In this document: in pieces, positions 1 through 9,878 of the stretch
Numbering within the stretch: the first letter of the stretch is position 1
Layout of the letters: the number at the start of each line of letters is the position of its first letter
Assembly: GCA_965205465.1 (NCBI GenBank)
Contig: OZ242187.1
Location: forward strand, 1,164,577-1,228,576
Source: Candidatus Aldehydirespiratoraceae bacterium
GTDB lineage: Bacteria; Actinomycetota; Acidimicrobiia; Acidimicrobiales; Aldehydirespiratoraceae
DNA length: 64,000 nt
Reading direction: 5' to 3'
Translations under genes and position numbers: made by a program
The notes under the pieces: model-generated
The model's input: the letters and a program-made list of their open reading frames with translations, nothing else
Databases searched by the model: none
What the model was told of the DNA's origin: nothing

Positions 1-351
1 GCTCTGCGCTCCAACGATGCGGTGGTCAGCATCGACACCAACCTCACCCCGGAACTCGAAGCCGAAGGTCTCGCCCGAGACATGGTCCGCGAGATCCAGA
101 ACGCTCGCCGAGCCGAAGATCTGGTGGTCACCGACCGTATCGAGGTCTGGATCACAGCTGCTGCCAACACTGCCGTCACATCGCTCAAAGAACACGACGC
201 CTATGTGTCTGAACAGGTACTAGCCACCCAGATCAGCACCGCCCCAGCCCCTGAACACCTGCGCATCCACGAGACAAAAATCGACGGCGAACCTTATTGT
301 TTCTCGCTGCGCACGATCCCGACACAGCCTGCCAACCGAGCGAGCAAGTAG
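1..351 (+). CDS. ileS: Isoleucyl-tRNA synthetase, C-terminal end (5'-partial at window edge)
   Basis: Frame 1 is open from nt 1. The sequence ...TPELEAEGLARDMVREIQNARRAEDLVVTDRIEVWI... matches the conserved C-terminal segment of actinobacterial type IleRS. Stop at 349-351. Confidence 0.8.
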   Translation, partial: ALRSNDAVVSIDTNLTPELEAEGLARDMVREIQNARRAEDLVVTDRIEVWITAAANTAVTSLKEHDAYVSEQVLATQISTAPAPEHLRIHETKIDGEPYCFSLRTIPTQPANRASK

Positions 352-360
352 GCGACCGAC

Positions 361-1122
361 GTGGAACGCTTGGAGTTCACCGGCGGAGCGGGAGCGCAAC
401 TCACTGGCGTGTTGCATCGCCCGCCTGACGGTTCCGAGGTTCTGGGAGCGGCCCTGCTAGCCCACTGTTTCACCTGCTCGAAGGACCTGTTCACGACCAC
501 CCGCATTGCCAAGGGTCTGGCCAGTGGCGGATACCTCACGATGGCTTTCGATTTCACCGGACTCGGCGACAGCGGCGGAGAAATGGCATCCACAACCGTT
601 GCCACAAATGTGGCTGATCTGACTCAAGCCGCGGTGGCGTTGATCCGGCGCGGCGTCGGCCCGTGTGTGCTGGTCGGCCACAGTCTTGGTGGCTCCGCCG
701 CGGTACTGGCTGCGTCGCGCCTGCACACCGTGACCGCAGTCGTGGCAGTCGCCTCTCCAGCCTCGGTCGCCCATGTCGAGCACCTCTTTGACGCAGATGC
801 CCTTGAGCAGATCCGCAGCGACGGTCAAGCCGAGGTCAAGATTGGTCCACGACCGGTAACCATCGGCAGGGAGTTCCTAGCCGACCTGCACCGACACGAC
901 GTGACCGCAGCGGCAGCGGAACTGGACCGACCCATGTTGGTGGTACAAGCTGGAGCCGACACCGTGGTTGGACACGACCAAACTGAAGCGCTGGCCGAAG
1001 CCGGATCTGCGACGCTTCATACGGTCCCGGGAGCCGACCATCTGTTCACTAACCGAGATCACTCCGACGAACTAGTCCGTGCCATCCTCAACTGGCTATC
1101 CAAGGACCGCTCGGCCTCTTAG
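361..1122 (+). CDS. Alpha/beta-fold hydrolase
   Basis: 253-aa ORF with a GTG start. It has the nucleophile elbow GHSLGG and an HCFTCSKD motif typical of small alpha/beta hydrolases. Confidence 0.8.
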   Translation: MERLEFTGGAGAQLTGVLHRPPDGSEVLGAALLAHCFTCSKDLFTTTRIAKGLASGGYLTMAFDFTGLGDSGGEMASTTVATNVADLTQAAVALIRRGVGPCVLVGHSLGGSAAVLAASRLHTVTAVVAVASPASVAHVEHLFDADALEQIRSDGQAEVKIGPRPVTIGREFLADLHRHDVTAAAAELDRPMLVVQAGADTVVGHDQTEALAEAGSATLHTVPGADHLFTNRDHSDELVRAILNWLSKDRSAS

Positions 1123-2087
1123 TTGTCGAGTCGGCGGCCTTCTTCTACCAGGTTGATCTCCCAGATCACCTTCGCTAGGGCATCGCCAGCGGTGATCGTT
1201 GGGAACCTCAAGGGGTTTTCTGGCGTCACTGTCGTTGGAACCGGAGCCAGAATCGTCCATGGTTCCGGATGGGCAAATTGCACCACCGAATAGCGGTCAC
1301 CCTGCTGCCCCTGGCCTGAGACGACTCGGTGAAATCCTGGTGGGATCAGCCCGTTGGTGAACCGTTCAAGCATCAATCCGGTGTTGAGGATCGCTCCGTC
1401 GTCTGGAGGCACGGCATCAATCCAGCCGTCTTCGACTTTTACCTGCAAGCCGGCCGCGGTAGCGCGGGGCAACGCAGTGATCAGGTTGATGTCAGCGTGC
1501 TCAGCGGCCCACACATGGGTCTCATCGGGTGCCTGCTCCATCGCCGGGTAGTGGATTGCCCGGGTGAGGTTTGCGCCGTCGACAAGCATCTGCTCGAAGA
1601 AGGATTCGTGAAGTCCCAGACCAACCGCAATGATCCGCGACACCCGAATCTGTAGCTCCACAACCGTGTCGTGGAAATCAAGGAGTAGTTCGCCCACACC
1701 GGCGATGTCATCGTCGGGCAGCGTTGCCGGCCCATAGCGGAAGGGGTACTGGGTGCGAAGCGGATGACCGTTGGGCCGCGGAGCATGCCAGTTGATCATC
1801 TCCTTGAAGTCGGGCACATCGGCGATCGCAGCAGTCTCCACCAGCAGCCCGGTGTAGCCAGTTTGCCCGTTGCTACCAGGCACTATGTACGCATCCTTGC
1901 GGTCTTGCGGCAACGAGAAGAACTCCTCGAGTTTGCCGTAGACCTCGTCGATCATGTCAATACTCATGTCGTGCTCGACGTAAACGAAGCCTGTCACCAG
2001 GCTCTTCATCACCCCATCGACAACGCCCTGACGGGCAGCACGGTCGCCCCGTTCAAACGCCAACAGGTCAACGTCCAGTATCTCCAT
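1119..2087 (-). CDS. 2-oxoglutarate/Fe(II)-dependent oxygenase (isopenicillin N synthase family)
   Basis: 322-aa ORF. The N-terminal non-haem dioxygenase region and an H-x-D...H style core (AEHADINLIT ... FHRV) resemble IPNS-family oxygenases. Confidence 0.7.
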   Translation of the reverse strand: MEILDVDLLAFERGDRAARQGVVDGVMKSLVTGFVYVEHDMSIDMIDEVYGKLEEFFSLPQDRKDAYIVPGSNGQTGYTGLLVETAAIADVPDFKEMINWHAPRPNGHPLRTQYPFRYGPATLPDDDIAGVGELLLDFHDTVVELQIRVSRIIAVGLGLHESFFEQMLVDGANLTRAIHYPAMEQAPDETHVWAAEHADINLITALPRATAAGLQVKVEDGWIDAVPPDDGAILNTGLMLERFTNGLIPPGFHRVVSGQGQQGDRYSVVQFAHPEPWTILAPVPTTVTPENPLRFPTITAGDALAKVIWEINLVEEGRRLDN

Positions 2088-2163
2088 CCAAAAACACTAG
2101 CCCTGAACTGGCAATTAGCCGAAATGTACCAACTCATTTGCAAGTGCCACTGCGCACTGATTA

Positions 2164-2185
2164 CGCTCATGTAATTACATGAGCG
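2164..2185. promoter_or_regulatory. Perfect 22-bp palindrome cgctcatgtaa/ttacatgagcg in the divergent oxygenase/nrdA intergenic region; candidate operator
   Basis: Read directly; the two halves are exact reverse complements. The AT-rich core sits in a GC-rich genome, 77 bp upstream of the nrdA start. Confidence 0.35.
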
Positions 2186-2261
2186 CGATCAGTCGGTCTA
2201 AGAAGAACCGCTTGGAACTACTGATCCTCAAAACCCTCCCCGGGCACGGAAAGGTCACGCA

Positions 2262-4805
2262 ATGGTGATGCAACAGGATCGGCTAAGCGCCGTGCAGAGC
2301 ACACCTGCAGCCTCAGCCGTCACTACCAGCATGCGAGTACGCAAGCGCAACGGCACGCTAGAACCCGTTGACGTCAACAAAATTGTCAACGCAGTCGCCA
2401 GAGCGACCGAAGGACTACACGGCGTCGACCCCATGTTCGTGTCGACACGCACTATTGCCGCGCTAGCCGACGGCGCCACCACCCAGGAACTCGACGAACT
2501 GTCGATCCGCACCGCCGCGGGTTTGATCGTTGAGGAACCCAACTACTCCAAACTCGCTGCCCGCCTGCTCTCGACCTACATCGACAAAGAGGTCCGCAAC
2601 CAAAACGCCCCCTGGTTCTCAGAGTCAGTAACACTAGGCCACAAGCTTGGCCTTATCAGCGACGAAGTCTTCGAGTTCGTCGGCGAGCACGCCCCAGAAC
2701 TCAACGCCGCCATCGACAGCCAACGAGACAGGAACTTCGAGTTCTTCGGGATCCGCACGGTCTACGACCGCTACCTCCTACGCCACCCCGAGACCCGAAA
2801 AGTCATCGAAACCCCGCAGTACTTCTTCCTCCGTGTCGCCTGCGGACTTTCCAACAACCCCGAAGAAGCCATCTACTTCTACGACCTGATGTCATCGCTG
2901 GCATACCTGCCCTCAAGCCCCACGCTTTTCAACTCCGGCACCAAACACCCGCAGATGTCGAGCTGCTACCTGCTCGATTCCCCCGAAGACTCACTCGAAG
3001 GCATCTACAAGCGCTACACCGATATCGCTCAGCTTTCCAAGTTTGCTGGAGGAATTGGCGTCGCCTGGCATCGAGTTCGGTCCAAGAACAGTCTCATCGT
3101 CGGCACCAATGGGCTGTCCAACGGCATCGTGCCATGGCTCAGGACCCTTGATGCCTCTGTCGCTGCTGTCAACCAGGGGGGTCGTCGTAAAGGCGCAGCC
3201 TGCGTCTACCTAGAAGCATGGCATGCCGACATCGAGCAATTCCTCGAACTGCGAGACAACACCGGCGACCACACCCGCCGGACGCACAACATCAACTTGG
3301 CTAACTGGATCCCCGATCTATTCATGGAGAGAGTCAAGAATGGCTGGAAGTGGAGCCTTTTCGACCCCAAGAAAGTCCCGGACTTGATCGACACGTACGG
3401 TGACGAGTTCCGTGCCATATACGAACAAGCAGAGGCCGACGGACTCCAAGAAAAGCAAGTCGAAGCCCGCGAGCTTTACCAACGCATGATGAGGGCACTG
3501 GCCGAGACAGGCAATGGTTGGATGACCTTCAAGGACTCCGCCAACCGGAAGTGCAACCAGACCGGTCCCGGTTCAACGGGCGAAACCAACGCCCGCGACC
3601 GAGTCGTGCACCTATCCAACTTGTGTACCGAGATCCTTGAGGTCACAAGCCAAAGCGAGACTGCGGTGTGCAACCTCGGCTCGGTCAACCTCGGCAAGTT
3701 CGTTACCACGATCCCCTCCGAAACGCCCCCGACGCTTAACAGCGCTACCAGCACAAACGGCGCAACTCCCGACCAGACAGCCACAGCACGAACCGCCCCA
3801 ACTGACGTGAAAACGATGGACTACCAGAGGCTCGGGCAGGTAGTGCGCCAAGTTGTGCCGTTCCTTGATCGAGTGATCGACATCAATTTCTACCCGACCC
3901 CAGAGGCCGGCACATCCAACCACCGCTGGCGACCCGTCGGCCTCGGATTGATGGGTTTGCAAGATGTCTTCTTCAAAATGAGTCTGGCTTTCGATTCGCC
4001 CGAAGCGCGCGAAGTCTCCCGCCGTATAAGCGAGGAGATTTACTTCAACGCCCTATGGGCCTCAACGGAATTGGCCGAGAGCAACGGAGCGCACGCCGCC
4101 TTCGCCGAAACCAGAGCGGCCCAAGGCGACCTGCAGTTCGACCTGTGGGGCGTCGAGCCATCAGACCCCGAGCGCTGGGAGACCCTGCGCCAACGCATCT
4201 CCCAGCACGGTCTGCGCAACTCGCTGATGATCGCCATCGCCCCAACCGCGACCATCGCTTCGATCTCCGGATGCTACGAGTGCATCGAGCCACAGGTATC
4301 CAACCTTTTCAAACGAGAAACCCTCTCAGGAGAGTTCATGCAGATCAATCGCTACCTCGTCGCAGAACTTCAGCGCTGGGGTCTGTGGGACACCGACATG
4401 ATCGCCGATGTCAAGAAGGCGGAAGGCTCAATCCAAACAATTGACCGTGTACCCGACGACCTCAAGACCATCTATCGAACGGCATGGGAAATCCCGATGA
4501 AGTCTCTTATTGAGATGGCCGCTGACCGCGGCGCCTTCGTCGATCAGAGCCAATCACTGAATCTGTTCATGGAGGCCCCGACTATCGGAAAGCTGTCTTC
4601 CATGTACATGCACGCCTGGGAGAAGGGCCTGAAGACCACCTATTACCTGCGGAGTCGCCCAGCAACACGTATCAACAAAACTACGGCCGGCGCGCCGGGA
4701 ACCGGTGGTCCGACCAACGGCTCCCGGGACAAGAAGACCTCCACAGACGCCGAAGCTCTCGCCTGCTCACTTGAAAATCCCGAGACATGCGAGGCATGCG
4801 ACTGA
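2262..4805 (+). CDS. nrdA: Ribonucleoside-diphosphate reductase, alpha subunit (class I, with N-terminal ATP-cone)
   Basis: 847 aa. ATP-cone (VRKRNGTLEPVDVNKIVNAV), catalytic motifs (SSCYLL, NLCTEI, CNLGSVNL, PTATIASI) and a C-terminal Cys pair (CEAC). Confidence 0.95.
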   Translation: MVMQQDRLSAVQSTPAASAVTTSMRVRKRNGTLEPVDVNKIVNAVARATEGLHGVDPMFVSTRTIAALADGATTQELDELSIRTAAGLIVEEPNYSKLAARLLSTYIDKEVRNQNAPWFSESVTLGHKLGLISDEVFEFVGEHAPELNAAIDSQRDRNFEFFGIRTVYDRYLLRHPETRKVIETPQYFFLRVACGLSNNPEEAIYFYDLMSSLAYLPSSPTLFNSGTKHPQMSSCYLLDSPEDSLEGIYKRYTDIAQLSKFAGGIGVAWHRVRSKNSLIVGTNGLSNGIVPWLRTLDASVAAVNQGGRRKGAACVYLEAWHADIEQFLELRDNTGDHTRRTHNINLANWIPDLFMERVKNGWKWSLFDPKKVPDLIDTYGDEFRAIYEQAEADGLQEKQVEARELYQRMMRALAETGNGWMTFKDSANRKCNQTGPGSTGETNARDRVVHLSNLCTEILEVTSQSETAVCNLGSVNLGKFVTTIPSETPPTLNSATSTNGATPDQTATARTAPTDVKTMDYQRLGQVVRQVVPFLDRVIDINFYPTPEAGTSNHRWRPVGLGLMGLQDVFFKMSLAFDSPEAREVSRRISEEIYFNALWASTELAESNGAHAAFAETRAAQGDLQFDLWGVEPSDPERWETLRQRISQHGLRNSLMIAIAPTATIASISGCYECIEPQVSNLFKRETLSGEFMQINRYLVAELQRWGLWDTDMIADVKKAEGSIQTIDRVPDDLKTIYRTAWEIPMKSLIEMAADRGAFVDQSQSLNLFMEAPTIGKLSSMYMHAWEKGLKTTYYLRSRPATRINKTTAGAPGTGGPTNGSRDKKTSTDAEALACSLENPETCEACD

Positions 4806-5914
4806 TGGCCCTAACTGACGATCTGAGTTTTGCCACTGATCCGGCACCGGCCACTGATCCAGCACAGCCTTCAGAAGGCCATGCCGGTCATTACGCCACA
4901 CCGGCCAATGCCGAATCCAACATCTTGGACCCTGGCTTCAACTTGACCTTGCGGCCAATGCGCTATCCGCAGTTTTTTGAGATGTACAAGGACGCGATCA
5001 AGAACACCTGGACCGTCGAAGAAATCGACTTCTCCGACGACCTCACCGACCTTGACCGCAAGCTGATGCCCGCCGAGAAGCACCTCATCAGCCGACTCGT
5101 CGCGTTTTTCGCTACGGGTGACTCGATCGTGGCCAACAATCTTGTCCTCAATCTCTACGAGCACATCAACTCACCCGAGGCGCGGATGTATCTTTCGCGC
5201 CAACTCTACGAAGAGGCACTGCACGTCCAGTTCTATCTGAACCTGCTCGACAACTACATCCCCGACGCCGACGAGCGGGCCGCTGCTTTTTGCGCAATCG
5301 ACAACATTCCCTCGATACGGGCAAAAGCAGAGTTCTGCTTCAAGTGGATGGACTCTGTCGGCAAAGGTCCGCTGCTGACTGCGGAGGATCGTCAGCGGTT
5401 CCTTATGAACCTGATCTGCTTCGCCACTTGCATCGAAGGCTTGTTCTTCTTCGCCGCTTTCGCCTATGTCTACTTCCTGCGTTCAAAGGGCCTCCTCAAC
5501 GGTTTGGCAGCGGGCACCAACTGGGTGTTCCGCGACGAATCAATGCACATGAACTTCGCCCTCGAGGTGATCAACACGGTGCGCTCCGAAGAACCAGAAC
5601 TCTTCGACGCTGAACTCGGCGAACGCATCACCGCCATGCTTGAGGAGGCCGTCGAGGCCGAATTCCTGTTTGCACAAGATCTTCTGGGCGAAGGTGTGCC
5701 GGGTATGTCCACCTCCGACACCCGCAACTACCTTGAGTTCGTTGCAGATCAGCGACTCGTCCAGTTGGGCCTTCCCCGGCGCTTCGGTTCCCGCAACCCG
5801 TTCGCCTTCATGGAGTTGCAGGATGTGCAGGAGTTGTCGAACTTCTTCGAGCGGACGGTATCGGCATACCAGGTCGGTGTTGAGGGCGAAGTCTCTTTCG
5901 ACGAAGATTTCTAG
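4805..5914 (+). CDS. nrdB: Ribonucleoside-diphosphate reductase, beta subunit
   Basis: Ferritin-like di-iron motifs (EEALHVQFY, FRDESMHMNF). The ATG at 4805 overlaps the nrdA TGA (TGATG), which suggests translational coupling. The track ORF starts earlier, at 4787. Confidence 0.93.
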   Translation: MALTDDLSFATDPAPATDPAQPSEGHAGHYATPANAESNILDPGFNLTLRPMRYPQFFEMYKDAIKNTWTVEEIDFSDDLTDLDRKLMPAEKHLISRLVAFFATGDSIVANNLVLNLYEHINSPEARMYLSRQLYEEALHVQFYLNLLDNYIPDADERAAAFCAIDNIPSIRAKAEFCFKWMDSVGKGPLLTAEDRQRFLMNLICFATCIEGLFFFAAFAYVYFLRSKGLLNGLAAGTNWVFRDESMHMNFALEVINTVRSEEPELFDAELGERITAMLEEAVEAEFLFAQDLLGEGVPGMSTSDTRNYLEFVADQRLVQLGLPRRFGSRNPFAFMELQDVQELSNFFERTVSAYQVGVEGEVSFDEDF

Positions 5915-5968
5915 CGACCCACCCACAAGAGCGGGAATCGATGGGCGTGTCGCGGCGTTTCTAATACC

Positions 5969-6598
5969 ATGACTGGTGTGGTAACTCGGATCGCGGCGAC
6001 ACTGCTAGTGGTCGCCGGAATAGGTGCCATCGTCTGGGTGTCGGTGCGCGACCAGGACGAGCCCCAGTCCGTCACCGAAGTGCTTGCGCAGCGCCAATCC
6101 GAGTCAGTCGACGAGACCCCCGAACCGATCCCGGTGTTGGGTCAAGCCGACACGCTCACTGGGCTCGACGGCTGGCTCAACACCGATGCAACCTCGCTGG
6201 AACAGATTCGTGCCGACAACGAACTGACGATCGTTCAGTTCTGGACCTTCGGCTGCTACAACTGCAAGAACACCCTTGATGCCCTAGCCCAGATATACGC
6301 CGACTTCGGTGACCGTGACGTGGAGATCATCGGGGTTCACGCCCCGGAGTTCTCCTACGAAGCCGATGTTGACAACATTATTTCCGCCGCCGCGGAACTC
6401 GGTGTTACCTGGCCGATCGCACTCGACACCAACAAGCGCAACTTCCACCGCTGGCAGGAAGGGCCCACCGCGTATTGGCCGCGGGTCTACCTGATCGACA
6501 GCGACAACCAGATCCGGCTTGACAAGCGCGGCGACCGCTCCTCGAACTACGCCCTGCTCTACGAGTACGTAGAGCGACTGCTCGACGGCGAGGCTTAG
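5969..6598 (+). CDS. Membrane-anchored TlpA/ResA-like thiol-disulfide oxidoreductase (thioredoxin fold)
   Basis: N-terminal TM helix and a WTFGCYNCKNT CxxC motif in a redoxin-like context. Confidence 0.8.
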   Translation: MTGVVTRIAATLLVVAGIGAIVWVSVRDQDEPQSVTEVLAQRQSESVDETPEPIPVLGQADTLTGLDGWLNTDATSLEQIRADNELTIVQFWTFGCYNCKNTLDALAQIYADFGDRDVEIIGVHAPEFSYEADVDNIISAAAELGVTWPIALDTNKRNFHRWQEGPTAYWPRVYLIDSDNQIRLDKRGDRSSNYALLYEYVERLLDGEA

Positions 6599-6604
6599 GT
6601 CGCG

Positions 6605-7201
6605 GTGGCTACGTTTGTTGAAGGGGTCGAGGCGATCACCCAAGCGTGCACCCTTGTCGTGCTGCTGCCCGGTTTGGCAATGGTGCTGGTTGCTCGTCGC
6701 GGTCGACTCACCTTGGCGCTCGGCTATACCGTCTTCGCCGCCGTGTTGATGTGGTCCCAGGCCGCGGGGCACTGGTCAATCGTGAGCCGCGGCGCGATCG
6801 TCGTCCCTCTCGGAATACTGGTAGCGGCAACGTTTGTGGCAGCCCGATCAGCCGAACGTGCAGATCAACGCCGGTTAATCGGCGCCGGAGTCATCGGCGG
6901 TACGCTCGCGGGTTGGATGTGGCTTCCCTGCGTGGGCACTCAGCTCGGCGACATTTTGAACAATGCAACTAGCCAAGGACTTCGCACCTTGGCGCTGATG
7001 CTTGTCTACACGGTCGGGGCGCTGCTCCCGATGCTGCTACTCGCTCTTCTCAGCCACGCCGTACCAGCCAGCGAGAAGATCCTCAACCACCGTGCGCTCG
7101 GAGTCATCGGGATGGGATTCGGCGCGCTCTACGCCATCACAGTCGCTATCGGCCGCTACGACGACCTAGTAGGCGAGCTCTACCGAATCTCGGCGACCTA
7201 G
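6605..7201 (+). CDS. CcdA/DsbD-like transmembrane thiol-disulfide electron transporter
   Basis: A polytopic hydrophobic protein with two membrane-embedded Cys motifs (QACTLVV, WLPCVG). It lies immediately downstream of the thioredoxin-like gene. Confidence 0.65.
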   Translation: MATFVEGVEAITQACTLVVLLPGLAMVLVARRGRLTLALGYTVFAAVLMWSQAAGHWSIVSRGAIVVPLGILVAATFVAARSAERADQRRLIGAGVIGGTLAGWMWLPCVGTQLGDILNNATSQGLRTLALMLVYTVGALLPMLLLALLSHAVPASEKILNHRALGVIGMGFGALYAITVAIGRYDDLVGELYRISAT

Positions 7202-7208
7202 AGCGCGC

Positions 7209-8522
7209 TCAGCGGTCGACTGAACCGCCGTAGCCGGTGGTGCCAGAGGCACCCGCGGCAGCACCGAGGCGTTGCAAAGGCGTGGTGTGAGTAGATGGCG
7301 TCGGCGTGAACTCGACGGGCATCTTCTTCACACCACCGATGAAATTGGAGCGCAGGTAGTCGAGGTCTCCGACCAATCGAATATCTGGCAAGCGCTCGGC
7401 GATGCCCTTGAACATCAGACGAATCTCCATGCGAGCCAGGTTGGCTCCAAGACAGAAGTGAGGTCCGCCGCCTCCAAAACCAATGTGGTCGTTGGGGGTC
7501 CGCTCAATGTCGAAACGCCAAGGATCAGCAAAGGCCCGGGGGTCGCGGTTGGCGGCAATATGCCACATCACGACCTTGTCGTCTTCTTTGATCTTGACAC
7601 CACCCACTTCATAGTCCCGCATGGCTTGACGGCGGAAATGGAGAACCGGCGTAGCCCAGCGCACCACCTCGTCGGCCATGGTCGCGGCGTAACGGTCGGG
7701 ATCTGAGCGGTACTTCTCCCACTGGTCGGGAAATTGGAAGAAGCCGTGCATGCCATGGGTCATCGAGTTGCGGGTGGTTTCGTTGCCTGCCACACAGAGC
7801 AGCAGGAAGAACATGTCGAACTCGGTCTCACTGAGCTTTTCCCCGTCGATATCGGCAGACAGCAGGGTGGTGATGATGTCGTCTGCGGGCTTGTCCCGGC
7901 GTTCCTTCTGCAGAGCATTGGAGTACGCGAACAGCTCCATTGAAGATGCGATCAGATCTTCCCGGGAAGCGACGACATCAGGATCGTCGCCGCCGATCAT
8001 GGCGTTGGTCCAGTCGAAGATTTTTAGACGGTCCTCCAGTGGGATGCCCATCATCTCCGCGATCGCCTGCAACGGAAGTTCGGCGCTCAGATCGTCCACA
8101 AAGTCGGCATAACCCTGCTCAGACACCCTGTCGATGATCATGTCGGTGCGATTCAGCAGGTAGTCCTCCAGCAAGTTGATCATCCGCGGTGTGAAACCGC
8201 GACTGACAATCCGGCGATAGCGGGTGTGCTTAGGGGGATCCAAGGAGATCATCGAATCATGCCTGAATTCGTCGATTGCATCTGCGCGGTTCCGCTCGGT
8301 CATCTGAGTGCCACCGCGATTGGACGAGAACGCTTCGGCGTTGCGGTTGACCTCTTTGAGGTGCTCAAGCCGGGTGATAGCCCAGAACCCAGGACCCCTG
8401 TCTCCCTCATCGATCCAATGAATCCCTGGGTCGGTCTCACGCAGGCGCTCAAGCATGTCGTGGTGTTCCTGGCGCTGGAACGCATCCATGTCCCACAAAT
8501 CAACACCATCAGTAACTGTCAT
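7209..8522 (-). CDS. Cytochrome P450, CYP125-like (steroid/alkyl side-chain omega-hydroxylase family)
   Basis: Haem loop FGGGGPHFCLGANLA, and AGNETTRN and EVVRWATPV motifs. By recollection it is extensively colinear with mycobacterial CYP125. An AGGAG RBS sits 5 nt before the ATG at 8522; the track start is 8528. Confidence 0.88.
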   Translation of the reverse strand: MTVTDGVDLWDMDAFQRQEHHDMLERLRETDPGIHWIDEGDRGPGFWAITRLEHLKEVNRNAEAFSSNRGGTQMTERNRADAIDEFRHDSMISLDPPKHTRYRRIVSRGFTPRMINLLEDYLLNRTDMIIDRVSEQGYADFVDDLSAELPLQAIAEMMGIPLEDRLKIFDWTNAMIGGDDPDVVASREDLIASSMELFAYSNALQKERRDKPADDIITTLLSADIDGEKLSETEFDMFFLLLCVAGNETTRNSMTHGMHGFFQFPDQWEKYRSDPDRYAATMADEVVRWATPVLHFRRQAMRDYEVGGVKIKEDDKVVMWHIAANRDPRAFADPWRFDIERTPNDHIGFGGGGPHFCLGANLARMEIRLMFKGIAERLPDIRLVGDLDYLRSNFIGGVKKMPVEFTPTPSTHTTPLQRLGAAAGASGTTGYGGSVDR

Positions 8523-8585
8523 GCTCACTCCTAGTTTTGCCTTCCTACGAAGGAACTTTAGAGTAAGGACACCCCGATTAGAAAA

Positions 8586-9701
8586 TCAAACTGCGGGAGC
8601 GACAACCGGCTCAGGCCCGACATAGCGCGCACTGGGCCGCATGATCTTGCCCTCGGCGTGCTGCTCAACCACATGCGCGGCCCAACCAATCGATCGACTG
8701 ACCGAGAACGTCGGGGTGAACATCTCGCGGGGCAAACCAACCAGTTCCAGAACCACACCGGCCCAGAACTCGACGTTGGTAACGATCCGCTGATCGGGTC
8801 TCCACTCGGCCAACACCGCTAGGATCTCACTTTCGATTCCCGCAGCGCGGTCCACGAGTTCGCCACCAAGGCGCTCTGCGGCTTCGCGCAACACAACCCC
8901 GCGAGGATCTTCAGCCCGATAGACGGCATGACCAAATCCCATGATCTTGTCGCCCGCGCCGAGACGAGCGCGGGTCCAGTCAGCAGCAGTAGCCGGATCG
9001 CCAATTTCATCAATCATCTGCATACAACGACTCGGCGCTCCACCATGCAATGGACCCGTGAGTGCTCCCACCGCGGCAACCAGCGACCCGGCCATATCCG
9101 CTCCCGTGCTGGCCACCACTCGACCCGTGAAAGTCGAGGCGTTGAAACCATGGTCGAGCGTGGCCACAAGGTACTGCTCAACGGCACGTTCAACCTCTGC
9201 GCTCGGAACCGAGTCGGTCACCATACGGAAATAGTCAGCGGCATGGCCGATGGCAGGGTCTGGAGCTACCGGCGACAACCCCCGCCGCTGTCGATAGTGG
9301 CGAGCGAGGATCGTGGGCACAACCGCAGCGAGACGCATCGCGTCGCCATGTATCTCTTCAGCGCTGCGGTCAAGCAGCGGGCCGCGGGCTTCGTGATCAC
9401 CCACCGCAAGCATGCCGATACGAAGAGCCACCATTGGATCGCCAACCCAACGGGCGCTCTCGTCAAGTAGCCGCGACACCGGCTCAGGGAGCGTTCGCAA
9501 TTGGCCTGGATCTAGACGCGGCACCTCGGGAGGCAGCGCACCGCTCATCTGCAAAGTCCACACATCTTCGAGCGACCGGGTACGAGCGAGCTCCGCGGCG
9601 TCGTACTGTCGGTAATGGAAGAATCCCTCTTGGCCTCTTACCGCGCCGAGCATGGTGTCAGCCACCGCCAAGCCCTTGAGTCCGGGGGGCGCGATTTCCA
9701 T
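8586..9701 (-). CDS. Citrate synthase family protein (citrate/2-methylcitrate synthase-like)
   Basis: GFGHAVYRAEDPRG motif and a citrate-synthase C-terminal core. The start is placed at MEIAPPGLKGL, with a GGGAGAG RBS upstream. Confidence 0.82.
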   Translation of the reverse strand: MEIAPPGLKGLAVADTMLGAVRGQEGFFHYRQYDAAELARTRSLEDVWTLQMSGALPPEVPRLDPGQLRTLPEPVSRLLDESARWVGDPMVALRIGMLAVGDHEARGPLLDRSAEEIHGDAMRLAAVVPTILARHYRQRRGLSPVAPDPAIGHAADYFRMVTDSVPSAEVERAVEQYLVATLDHGFNASTFTGRVVASTGADMAGSLVAAVGALTGPLHGGAPSRCMQMIDEIGDPATAADWTRARLGAGDKIMGFGHAVYRAEDPRGVVLREAAERLGGELVDRAAGIESEILAVLAEWRPDQRIVTNVEFWAGVVLELVGLPREMFTPTFSVSRSIGWAAHVVEQHAEGKIMRPSARYVGPEPVVAPAV

Positions 9702-9878
9702 GGGTATTCTCTCCCTTGTTCTAGCGATGTTCTTAGCAAGTGGCCGCTGCAATCAAGCTTCGGTAGTTCTTTGAACTCAGAGTCCGAATCGATACCGCTG
9801 TACTCAATATTGCCGCGGAGAAAGACAAAACGACAACACCGGCCCCGCTCTTGGGCGGATTCAGTTTCGCGGGTGTGG

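Noticed and set aside
2146-2152. GCCACTG heptamer upstream of nrdA, reminiscent of the conserved cobalamin-riboswitch core (actinomycete nrdAB can be B12-regulated)
   Set aside because: I could not find the other conserved riboswitch elements (the GGGAA/GGTG..AA.TCC stems and the B12 box), and the ~170-nt leader is short. This is probably a chance match. A covariance-model scan (RF00174) would settle it.
3705-3815. RNR alpha insertion considered as an intein
   Set aside because: It is only ~37 aa and low-complexity. It has no Cys/Ser-...-His-Asn splice-junction motifs and no endonuclease domain.
8529-8585. Small hairpin (ccttc-N4-gaagg) between the citrate-synthase-like gene and the P450 gene, as a terminator
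   Set aside because: It has a 5-bp stem and no U-run on the transcribed (minus) strand. The genes are probably co-transcribed.
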